A DNA stretch of 53,824 nucleotides, counting the filler, from Jimgerdemannia flammicorona (lineage: Eukaryota), in NCBI GenBank assembly GCA_003990765.1. It is 2 parts of 2 records of this genome, joined end to end, with 100 filler letters (N's around TTAATTAATTAA, not from the genome) between each part and the next. Parts side by side here need not be neighbours in the genome. Positions count along the whole stretch, not along the records: positions 1 to 26,863 come from RBNJ01000688.1; 1 more part is not named here. One strand, given 5' to 3'. Under the pieces are notes generated by a model. It worked only from the letters and a program-made list of their open reading frames with translations. It had not been told where the DNA came from and did not search any database. Positions within the stretch are counted from its first letter, which is position 1. Each line of letters starts with the position of its first letter. The position numbers and the translations under genes were made by a program. Positions 1 through 11,536 of this stretch are shown here, piece after piece.

Positions 1-40
<40 letters not shown>

Positions 41-644
41 ATATAAAGTTGAACAAATTCTCAACAAATGTGACCACAAGAACTATCTAGAATACCTTGT
101 CAAATAGAAAGATTATCCAATCCATAATACAACTTGGGAACCCAAAACCAACCTCCAGAATATCACCAACTTAGTTCAAGAATATGATTCTTTGAATAAC
201 TGAAATCTGAATACTCTAACACTGATCAGTTCTATATTATATATTACTTCTCCTGAACTAAGTACTCTCATAATTATCATGAACAAAATCAAGAACTCAG
301 CAAAACAAGACAAGAAGAATACTAACCCCTAGAAAAATAGTAAAACTGAAAGCTAGCCTATTCTCTCTATACTACTGATATAAAACAAGGTATAGATATT
401 TAAGAAGATTTCTTAAGAGGAAATTCTCCAGCAGTGAATGATGTCAGAATCATTTCTGGCATATGGCATTGAATACACAACCCTTTAACATATAAATTCA
501 ACATGTTGGCAACTATACTATAAGTATGCTACTTTCTGAGAAAAATAGACATTATCAGACTTTTGACCATTCAAACAGTATAACAACACTAGACCAAAAT
601 TAGAAGACCTCAATGAGAATGTTGAAAGCTAAGAAGGAGAGAGT

Positions 645-2734
645 TATAAGCATATAACCTTTAAGTCATCAAAATTACATATCACCCTTAGAACAAGCTA
701 CCAAAATCATATACAACCTCAGATCAAATCTGAAAATCATATGTAAGATCATGAAGCTGAGTCAAACTGAAGTCACAGCACACAAAGTTGAGTTAACTCA
801 AAGTTATGGAATACAAATTTACATAAATAGAATCTTATCAATCAGGACCAAATATATATATATCGAGTATTTAGAGACATTGAAATAGAGAACTATAATA
901 AACTAAACAAATAATTCCAACTCTTGAACATATATATAAATATGACCACTGAGATCTATAACCACATCTATGCTGATATTTAGAATGTCATTATCAACTA
1001 AGCCACACCCCCTCTACCCCTCATGAATATTCATAGCCTCACATCTCTCTACTTTGTAGAAGCCTGATGGAATGCCCTGAATATGCTCAATAAAGCTCAC
1101 TGAATTGGACAAATCTCAAGCTACTACCAGATCAGCCACCTTCTAGAAGATATGGTTGAACACCACCATGACATAGGTATTACCCAGATGTCCTAACACC
1201 AGAAACTCATTACCCAAAAGTACCAGGAACTCTTCTATAAGTACAGCACCTTATTTTCTGTCTCCAAGTCACTACTGCTGAAATGATTACCACTCTGTCC
1301 TATGGCCAAATTGATGATATAATATAAGAACTCAATTACAAGTATATCAAGTACATCCAGACCACAGATAGAACCTTTCCATACCCTGATGACCATATCC
1401 TTCAAATGCCTTAAGTTGGATATATCATGAAGGATATCTATGATATAATCTGATTTGATGATGATGAAATAGAAGACAATGATTCCTCTGATACTGACAT
1501 GACCTTCAGCCAAAGATTCATGCCAATACTGATCACCCTGCCAACCTTGCTGAAGAACTTACAATAGTTTATAATAATCTATAAGACCTATTGAGATAAT
1601 GACCACTAGCATGAGTACTAATCTGTATTCACTTCTGATTACTTCAACTATAATGAAGAGACCAGAGAATACAACCTGTATCTCCAGACAACTCTTGAGA
1701 TTGAATTAACAACTCTATCACCTAAATATGAGTAATATGAAGAACAACCCCCAGCATACTACAACTCTGAAACTCATAGTACTATAACTTATAGAAGATA
1801 TGCAGACAGCAAATCCAATGAAAGCAAAGATAATATACCCTTTCTTTGCCCACCAACTTCATATCCAGTATATGAGGTAGATGATGTTATCCTGTAGGAT
1901 AGTGAAGAGGTCCTGATGTATTATTACTTAAGTAAATAAGAAGAAATAATCCACAAACAACTCTTCCTAGATGACTACTTTATCAGAGATGATGTCATTA
2001 ATAGTGATATCATTGAAGACTACTCAGACAGCATCTAAATCTATAGATAGCCTAACAGTCATTAGTATAGTTAGATTAGTCTTATATAATATGACTGTGA
2101 ACTAACTCAGCAGTCAGATAATCTCTTGATATATCAGTTCACACTTATACTATGTGACTACATTCTAACTTAGCAAGACACTAAGTGCTACATCTATATT
2201 TAGCATAGTCCAGATAGCCTCCTATTAGTATAAATACTCCCTTCCTTAGACCTTAGAATCTCAGACTTAAACAGACTTGAACATACAGAACAATCTGAAT
2301 ACAACTCCTGAAAACTTCCCCAATATTCCTTTACACAACTACTCCTAGTATATCAATATCATGAATAGCAAATAAACCTATTTAATAATCCACAAACTAC
2401 TCTTAAGTAAATCTACTCTCCATTAGGTTCTACTTCTAACTTTATTACAAAATTTCCTAATCAGGTATTGTCTGCAGTGATACACTAATTCAACTAAGCT
2501 TGTTTTAGTTTCTTGAACTTCCTGAAATATAGAAAATCCTGAATCTCCAGAACTAGTCCAAATAAGGACTTTGGTTGAGAAATCAACCCAATCTTGAAAT
2601 CAATAAGTATAGAGAATATACTCTATATAAAATTGATCTTAACTTAAAGAAAACAGTCTTCCAGAATATCCAGAACTTCCACAAAACTCTTCCAGAACTA
2701 CATAATAGTTACCCTAATAAGTAACCCTCTTACA
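645..2734 (+). repeat. Family A LTR (~2.09 kb)
   Basis: Starts TATAAG (TGTAAG in the other copy) directly after the PPT and ends CTTACA. TATAAATA at 2229-2236, AATAAA near 2371. Homologous along its length to 21516-23579. Confidence 0.88.
942..2038 (+). pseudogene. Decayed ORF inside family A LTR (unknown acidic protein)
   Basis: ATG at 942 (MTTEIY) to TAA 2036-2038 (..EDYSDSI*). Several stops are sense codons in the second copy; one 1-nt deletion near 1251. Confidence 0.7.
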
Positions 2735-5700
2735 TACTATCACTTTAGTGATCAACTTCCTGTCTATATCCAGAAGCATGATGGACTACCAGTTCTTCCA
2801 GTTCTTCTACCTACTCTTGTCCTTAAAAAGCAGAGCTACCAGCTCCAGATCCTGCTCACCCATCTATCTTCCTGACTGTAGTACTAAGTTACAAAGTGCC
2901 CTCAACTCTCTCAGCACTTTAGAGACATCTACCATCTTCTTCCAGAAATCCCAGGGCAGACCATCCTCTCCTAATACTATGCCCAGTATAGTTGCAGTAA
3001 GAATCTGGTGAATTTTCTCCTCCTGTATCAGCATTACTAAGTTACCTATTTCATCTACTAGTGGTAGGTGCTATTCCTCTAAAATATATTCTATGGTAGT
3101 AGTACTAGTTCCACCCTCCTTCTCACTCTACAGACCACTCCACCTCTCCTTTAATAAACCCAGAATATCCTATGAACTATGCACCAGCAGACCTTCAGAA
3201 TTAAGAATCTTCTCTCATCTCTGCCTTACTCTCTTTGCTCAGAGGGATCTCAAAAGGAACTTTAAGGGCCTCTCTCCCTTCTCCAGCCCCTGCCAGTATA
3301 GCTGAGCAGCTAAGCTCTATACTCTCATCTCCTCCTCCTCTTTTAATATTTATTATAACTTTGCAACCTCCAGATTTGCCTGCATCATCTGCTATTCCTC
3401 CACCCTCTCTAGGGCCAAGAGCTCTGCCCAATCTTCCAAAAGTCCAGCCAATCTAGCAGAAGCCCAGGTCACTCTCTTTCTCCTCTGCCTTCTAATCATC
3501 TTGCTAGCCTCACTCTAGTAAACTCTAGCAATCTCCTTCAACTTCACCCATCAGATATCAACTGAAGCTCTCTCCTCTACCTAATCCTCTATTCTCTGCT
3601 AAATATCCTCTGTCTATTTGTCCCACAATACCTTCTCAGCCAACAAAGAGGAATTGAGGTACCAATGTCCAGGCCCATCCACACTTCTCCCAAAATGTCT
3701 CTGCCCCAATAGCCCCCAGTGATCAGATCACAGACACCATTCAGTCTTTAGTGACTTCTAAACATCCAAACTCCAGTAGTCTGCTATCAGCATCCAGTCA
3801 ATTATTATCTCCAGCCCATTCACTCAGTACATGTATATCTTTCTATCTCTTCAAAACCTCCTACCAGCATTCACCAGAGAGCTCACTGTTTTTATCTCTT
3901 CTCATATCTCCAGACCTCCACTCCTACCTCTAGCTCCCTGCTCTCTGTCAGTCCTATCCACTAATGTATTCCTGACCATATTAAAGTTCTCTCTAAGAAT
4001 ATCCACTCTAGTCTCAGTGAGAGTCCTACTCTCCTGAAGTCCCTTCACCCAATCTATTCTCTCACTACATACAGCAGAGCAGTAGCAGAAGCCCACTGTA
4101 ACTGGCTCCCAATCTGGTCAAATCCACTCTCCCCAGACCAGTCTATCTCCTCAGCTCCTTGTATCTCATATCTCCCCCCTGTCTCTCCAGACCAGGATCC
4201 CAATCTTGCCCCTCCAAACTGTCCCATCTCTCCATTCTATCATCTATTATAGTTTGTCTAAGTCATCTTTACATCTAACATCTTGTAAAAGAAATAGATC
4301 AGCATCCATACTCTTCAGTTAAGTAAAAATATTCCAACATCTGACTTATTCCCTCAGCCCATTCATATTTAAAGAAAAAATATTTGTTATACTATTTATA
4401 AGAAATAATATTAAGAGTTATGTGTATCCTCTATAACTCCATATTCATCTTCTCTTATGCCAAGTTCAAGTTATATTCCATAGCTACCTCCTCTTCTTCA
4501 ATTCTCTTTGCCTCTAATCTAACTAGCAGTTCAGCTAGCTCTCCATCTTCTTTTTCCTCAAAGTCCTCATAATACTCCAGGCAGACCTTCTGCCAGAGCT
4601 GTAATCCATGTTACTCTGCATACTAGAGAGTAGCCCACTTGCCAGCAGCAACTGCCAGTTCTGCCTTCCTTGCCTTGTTGACCTTATATCCTTCTTTCTT
4701 CAAGAAGACTACAAGCACCTCTACCTTTAGTGTCTCCACTACTCCATCTTTATATAGGATCTGTACCCAATGATCATCACTAAGTACCCTCAAGTCTACT
4801 TCTCCCAACTCCTCAGTCACTAATTTATTTATTATTCTGTATATCTATTGCAGGTTTCCCACCTCCTTTCCACCTAGAGTCACTGGTCTCTCTTCTCTCA
4901 ACATTGAGATATCTATCTCTATACTTGCAGTCTCATCTCACTCCTCCTCTGGAACATCCACCAGTTCATTCTTACCAGCTACTACTACCAGATCCTCTTT
5001 TGCTACCTCAGGAACTCCAAAGTGCACATGCTATATACCATATATAGGTATATCCTCTACTATCTGACCTCTTGTGGCTGGACCCTACTGGATAAGAGGA
5101 GGAGGGGTATTCTTTCAGACTTCAAATATTCTATCCTCATATGGGTCCTTACTCAGTACCTTCCTGGCCTCCTCCAGACCCACCTCTATATTTCCTCTAC
5201 TATCACTAGCCCAGATACTTGCTTTAGCTCCCCCAGTATCCTCAATACTGCTATCAACCTACTTTGCCTTTCCCTCCAGATTTGCCAGCAACTCCCTCTA
5301 TCTCTTATATTCTTGGGACCTCTTCCATAGCCCCCTATCAATATGAATGCACCTCATATCAACAATCTCCAAATGCATCAACTCTACATATATCTTCCAA
5401 GCTCTTGCTCTCTACTCTATTACATTACTCATCTCCTTCAGTACCTCTAACAAGTTCTCTTTCTCCTTCTTACTCCTCTTTACTCTTGTCACCTTATATA
5501 TAAAGACTCTCCATATCATCACTAAAGGCCAATCACAAGCCTTCTCAGTAGCCTCTCTCTCTATAAACTGAATCTGGATATTAATATCCCCAGTCCAGAA
5601 GGAGGTCTCTTCCCAGACCCTGAACCTGACATTGACCACTACTCTATACTCAGCTATGACTTCCTCAAATCTCCTCTTTATTTCTACAGTAGTTACCATA

Positions 5701-6420
5701 GAAACTTCTTTTACCAGAAGTTATACTACTCTGAGATTCTATCTCAAGTAGTACACCATTAGGATACATATCTCTCCAATAGTCAATCCAGCCTTCAGTA
5801 CATCCTCTAAAGACCCAGTCTCCTCAAAGTTTACCTCTATTTCTTCTAGACCCCCCAGAAACTTAATGGATTCTGTACCATTCATCTGCTTTACAATCAG
5901 CCCCAAGACTATTTTTGCCATCATTGCTAAGCCCCAGAAGTATAAAGTAACTACAAACTCTGAGATTGACTTCTTGAGTAATGGAGCTACTATCAGACCC
6001 ATTATACTATCTATAAGGTCACTCAGCCTTATACTCTTCCCATAGCTCAGTCTACCATCAGCAGTCCTATCTAGATTTTTTCCAGATTGTCTGTCATACT
6101 CCTATCAGCAGTCACTCTTTCAGCCACTACACTGCTAGCTCCCCTATGCTGATCCCCTAGAAGAGCTCTCTCTTTCCCAGCATCTATCTTCCCCTTCTCT
6201 AGCTCCAGCCATCTATCCAGTTCTGTCATCTAAGCTTCCATCTTAACCTTGTTAGTAAAGGTCAACTGCTTCTCTCCTAACTATACTGAGCTTCCTCCTC
6301 CTGTACTGCCACCCCTCCTTCCTCCTGATAAAGTGCTTGGCATCTCTAAATCTGCTCTCTAATCTCTCCTCACATATTATCAGCCAAATATACTAGGGCC
6401 ACCCTGATCAGTACACTCTG
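2735..6420 (-). mobile_element. L1/Tx1-like non-LTR retrotransposon copy A (ORF1, APE endonuclease, start of RT), interrupted by the family A LTR element
   Basis: APE motifs SLNMNG..DLFLLQD (~4290-4375), ENFN, SDH and GPGHWYLN. RT start EDGLPWDFW and NW*SIMLLDIDRKLITKV runs up to the LTR end at 2734. ORF1 is homologous to 35974..36921. Confidence 0.85.
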
Positions 6421-9400
6421 TAGAACTCTGATTCAAGGATATATTCTTAAGATATTTCTCTAAAGAATAGTAAAAAAGTAGGTGATATGTATTTGTATAA
6501 TATGAGGTATATCAAAAAGAGATGATGATGCTACAATTTTGACTTATCTCTAATTTCCTCTTTTAAAGATACTTCTTTTTTATTATTCTATTCTATACTA
6601 ATTTCAGTAAAAAAGATAAAGTAAGTTTTGGCATCTACTTTTCATTTCTCAATAATTCTTATAATAATCTCATTGAGTTTATCTAATTTACTATTTTTGA
6701 TTTTCTCTAATAATTTTTATAGTTCTCCTTTTAACCAATAAATTCTTTCATTTTCTATATTCTCTTCTGTTAATTCAGAATAATCTAATAAAAGTTTCTT
6801 AATAGTTTTCTTGAAACTTTCATGTTTATTTTTAACTTTTATAGTTTATTTAGTAATACCTTTTATTATATTTTTAAGAAAAACACTATAAAGATCCCTT
6901 TTTTATCTTATTCTCTTCTAATCATTTTTCAATAATTTTCTTACTTTTCTCTAAATCTAAATCTTATAGAGTAGAGAAAATATCTTTTTTAGCATTATTT
7001 ATTTCATTATAATGTTTAAATCAATCATTGTAATAGATAAAGCAAGTAAATATATCCTTGCTGAGAACTTTCAGTAGGATAATTCTTGCAAAACCTTGGT
7101 CAATATTCTTCATTATTAATTTGAGCAATTTTATCAACTACTGCTAGATCAGGATTATGAGTAATATGTCTATTCCCTAAATATTTAATTATCTCTTATT
7201 TAATTTCTTCATTATTCAACTGCTTAACTTATAATAGTACTTTTAATTATTTGATTTGGTTTAATAATTCTTTGTTTCTCTTTTAGTATTCATTGGTTAT
7301 ATTTTTTATTATAAATTTATATTTATTTTTCTTTATATACTTATATATTTCTTTTTATAAAGTTATATTAAATATATAAATTATTTTAGTCAAAATAAAA
7401 AACAATGGTTATTTTTCTTTAAGGTAGTTCTGAATGAAAGAAATATACTAGATTTTTATATTTTACTAATGATAATCTAGTTATAGTATAAAAATGAAGA
7501 AATGTTCTCTGAAAAAAATATGTTCTGCCTAATTATAATACATCAAAGTTCTATCAATATTGGTGAAGACTTTAAAAGAAGCATAAAAACAGAGAATATT
7601 AGATTGTACTTTCAGTTTTCTTACTCTAATTAAATTATATAGTGAATATTGAATAATTAAAAAGTTATAAGCAAAGCAATAGCAAAAATAAATAATTGAG
7701 TGATGTCAAATATTCACTTTATCTAGTTTTGTTACAGCATACCCCAAGTAATATATCTAAAGATCTATTATTAGAATATATATTTATTTTTATTTTTATT
7801 TTATTTTATTTAACTATTTTAATTTATGATTTATATATTTACTTATAATTTAAAGATTATTTATATAAGTTTTAATATTATATAATAATTAAATATATGA
7901 TAAATTTATATTATATATTAAAATAATATAAATTAATATTATTATTATTTAATAATAATATTATTATTATTTAATCAAATTATTTATTTATTTATTAACT
8001 TTACATATATAATTATTATATATTATAATTTAATATAAATAAAATTAAAGCTTAACTAATTATATTTTTTTATTTTAAATTAATCTTATTTAATATTAAT
8101 AAGTAATTTGCTATATATTAATAATAATTACAAATATTAAATTACTATTTATTATCAAATTTTTGTATAATTACTTCAATAACTTTATCTTTAATATTCT
8201 CTTTATAGCTGAAAATTTCAGCCAATATTAGATACAAGTAAGTAAAATTGATAAAGAATCTTATATTTCTTAATTAGTTCTGACTTAAATCTATCTTTAT
8301 TAAAATATTACCAATAGGCCTATCTGAGCACTTATCTAGATATATGTTATTTTCTATGGTTATCTGGTTGCAATATTTGTATATACTACTATTTATTATC
8401 CTACTATTAAATTCCCTTCATTGGACTTGAATGATCCATATTATAACTGAATTGAAGGTGTCCATTTTTAATCCTCAAACCAACTGTTGCACCAGGCGCC
8501 GCATCAACCGCATCAGCCACACAAGCCCCATTCAGCCGCAAAAGCCGTGCGCAGTATATTTATAGGGGGTGTACATTAGATATTTATTGTTTAAGTATTC
8601 AACGTCTCGCCGATCTTCCACTAATTGTATGTAAAAGATGTAAAAGGAATAGTCAAACAGAACGCGGATGCCGTTATATGGTATCAAATCTCAATTCGGA
8701 ATTTGCAGGCTTAGTATAGTTACTCACATTGTAATTATGCGTGTGTGTCGTGATTGCATATGATTAGTTTTATTGAAATATTTCCTTTTTTTTTCAGCGG
8801 TTGATGAAAGAGACTGTATATTTCTTCATGATAAATGAATTCGGCCTTTTGACATTCTGAGATAAAACAACAGGCTCGCTTGGGAATTGTTTATGGCTAT
8901 TTCTATTGTGTTGCATAGTATATATTCTTTGACATGGGTTGGAACATGAGCATGTCACATACCTGTAGAGCATCTGACACATGAAAGACCAATGGGGTCC
9001 AAGCTCCATGGTAAACAATGAGGCGGTGCGAGCGACAATATTTCTGGCTTAAAGCGTCAAAAGATGGTTGTACTCAGAAAACCGACCAAACAAATGAAAC
9101 CCTTGAGAAAAAAGTCGCATTTGGTTATCAAAGCCTCAAATGTCGCAATATCCCCTCCTCAAGAAGACAAAGAAAATAATAGTCCGCGGTTACGCAGAGC
9201 ATGATGCGCCTTCCATGAAGGCCATTTCGTGAGCTAGTATGGTGTGGCCCCGCGGATCTCGATGCACGCACAAACAAAACATCCATGCACACGCGCACAC
9301 GCGCTCACGCGCAGCCCATGATGCCCCACAGTAAGCTTAAATAATTAAAGATGCCACATGAATTCTTTGTTCCACTTTCACATCAACATTGATGGCCGTG

Positions 9401-9615
9401 TCACCTTACACCCGTTTGGAATGCTCATGAATAAAGCTCTCGGATTTGAGGGTGCTTTGCCACCTGACTCCGAGAAAATATTAAAGATATATAATATGTC
9501 TGTCTTTGATCCCCATTTTCTTATCTTATTCCACAAATCCCCTCTACGCCGCACCAATCTTCTAACGACCATTGCTACGGTTCCCTCCCTTCGCTATCAA
9601 ATAAACGACATTATC

Positions 9616-10412
9616 ATGACTCTGAAGCAAGACGCCGTCGCTGCAGGTTAGACGCTTAACTTTTTCGTTATCTCACATAATTCGTAAAGATCGACTCATA
9701 AAAGTGCCATTATCCAAACCGTCGTTTTTGCTTCAGTCGGCGAGTTCTTTGGCACATTGCTTTTCATCTTTCTAGCTCTTGGAGGTGTTCAAGCAACATT
9801 ATCCTCTGATTCAAATTCAATAAATGGACCGACCCCACCGTAAGTTCAAATGACATACTTATGAATTGGCGAATTGAAAGTCTTGTGATATCACTAGAAC
9901 TCTATTTCCAATCCTATTCAATGCCAGCCAAATCCTGGGTGTCGCGTTCAGCGTTGGTTTTTCGCTTTTGATCTCCGTGTGGATCTTCGCCCCCATATCC
10001 GGTGGCGTTCTGAACCCCGCTGTCTTGCTGGCATTGATATTGACAAGAAACATCTCCCTTGTCAAAGGTGGATTGTACCTCTTCGCAGAATTGGCAGGCG
10101 CAACTGTTGGAGCTGGTCTCCTAGACGCCGTCACCCCTGGTCCATTATTGGGTGTAAACGCTCTGGTGAGGAAAAATTTGCATGGCCACCTTTTTATCAG
10201 CAGTTCCAGATATTCATTCTTTTGATGATTATATAGGGTCGCGAAATCACTCCCTTCCAGGCTACAGTCTTGGAAGCTATATGCACTTCGATACTGGTTT
10301 TGTCTGTGCTCTTCCTGGCCGTTGAGAAATCCAAGACAAATGTCCTTGCTCCCATCGGCATTGGTATGTATTCTGTTATGTATGGACCGACATGGGCCTT
10401 GAATACTAATGG

Positions 10413-10447
<35 letters not shown>

Positions 10448-10821
10448 GTCATCTCAGGATTCGCCGTCTTCGTTGCTAATCTCATTGGTGAGAATTCATC
10501 CAGATGTTTTTAGACTTTTGCGGATTTTGTAAACAGGTTTCCTGACAACATTTACGTTTATGTTCTGTTTTCACCCAAAACAAACAAAAATTGTAGCAAC
10601 ACCATGGACTGGTACTGGGTATGCATTCATATATTTTTCCGTCACCCTCCTTTTCATTGCTCATCTTGTCGGTATTCATTGCTCATCTCTCCCGTATTCA
10701 ACAGCATCAATCCCGCTCGTTCCTTTGGCGCTGCCGCCGTCACTGGTAACTTTACTCCGGATCACTGGGTGTTTTGGGTAGGCAACTAATGACAACAATT
10801 TCAGTGCAGCACATGTCAAAA

Positions 10822-10861
<40 letters not shown>

Positions 10862-10973
10862 ACTTACACATTTCACATCCTTTAACTTGCATGACTTCAG
10901 ATAGGCCCGATTTTTGGGTCCCTTATATCAACGGCTCTTTACAACTTTTTCAAGTGGGCTAAATATGAGCTGG

Positions 10974-11005
<32 letters not shown>

Positions 11006-11013
11006 CTTTCACT

Positions 11014-11044
<31 letters not shown>

Positions 11045-11208
11045 CTCATTCATCACGACCCTTTTTTCCTTTTTCTATACTTATTATTTGAATCACAAAT
11101 GCGTCATAGATCGCACCTGATGACTTAGCTCCGGAACCTATCTCACCTCCAGTTTCCAAGGGTGGTATCACGCCTACTCCACTCGAAACAGTGGAAATTG
11201 GGAAATAG
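9616..11208 (+). CDS. Aquaporin (MIP family), 9 exons, 274 aa
   Basis: Exons 9616-9646, 9737-9839, 9898-10165, 10237-10363, 10458-10487, 10597-10618, 10705-10777, 10901-10972, 11110-11208; all introns GT-AG; 825 nt in frame. Motifs [45 protein letters not shown]. Confidence 0.93.
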
Positions 11209-11536
11209 TTTACTATTCCCTCAACATTCCAGTATTTGGGTATATGTGTATTTACCGCGTCAATTTATAGCAATAAAGTTCTTCCCTTTTAATGGCAGCC
11301 GTCGCACAAATGGGAGAGAGGAACATCGGTATTGGCAATACAGAAAAATGGTTACATTGATGATAGATAATTACAAATTGGATTTCAAAGTTAACCTTCA
11401 AAACAAAAACTACATACTGATTGCGATATTATCTTCGTGATTTCAAGCATGTACATGAAAAAAATATATGATCGAGACTCTGTACATAATCCAAAAAAAA
11501 AAAACTGACACCACTTTCAAGTATTTTGCTTGCCCA

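Larger units (their letters stand above)
38..2734 (+). mobile_element. Chromovirus (Ty3/Gypsy) family A, degenerate 3' fragment: chromodomain end, 3' UTR, PPT and 3' LTR
   Basis: 42-203 reads YKVEQILNKC..YLVK*KDYPIHNTTWEPKTNLQN, matching the chromodomain of ORF 24005..24751. PPT AAGAAGGAGAGAGT at 631-644. Colinear with 21516-24170 (minus). Confidence 0.9.

Noticed and set aside
1235..1513. Antisense ORF conserved with 22836..23117
   Set aside because: Conserved only because both are LTR copies; it is the shadow of the sense LTR ORF.
6600..7740. Possible decayed coding sequence or DNA transposase on the minus strand
   Set aside because: Too mutated; no motif I can assign.
9859..10485. 208-aa minus-strand ORF with poly-Lys
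   Set aside because: Antisense shadow of the aquaporin exons plus an intronic poly(T).
10619..10704. Aquaporin intron 6 translates as [11 protein letters not shown], resembling a canonical His-containing helix 5 and suggesting an alternative exon
   Set aside because: There is no AG acceptor upstream within the intron, it lies after exon 6 (wrong order), and retention (86 nt) shifts the frame. The sequence is explained by a TTCATTGCTCATCT duplication near the branch point.
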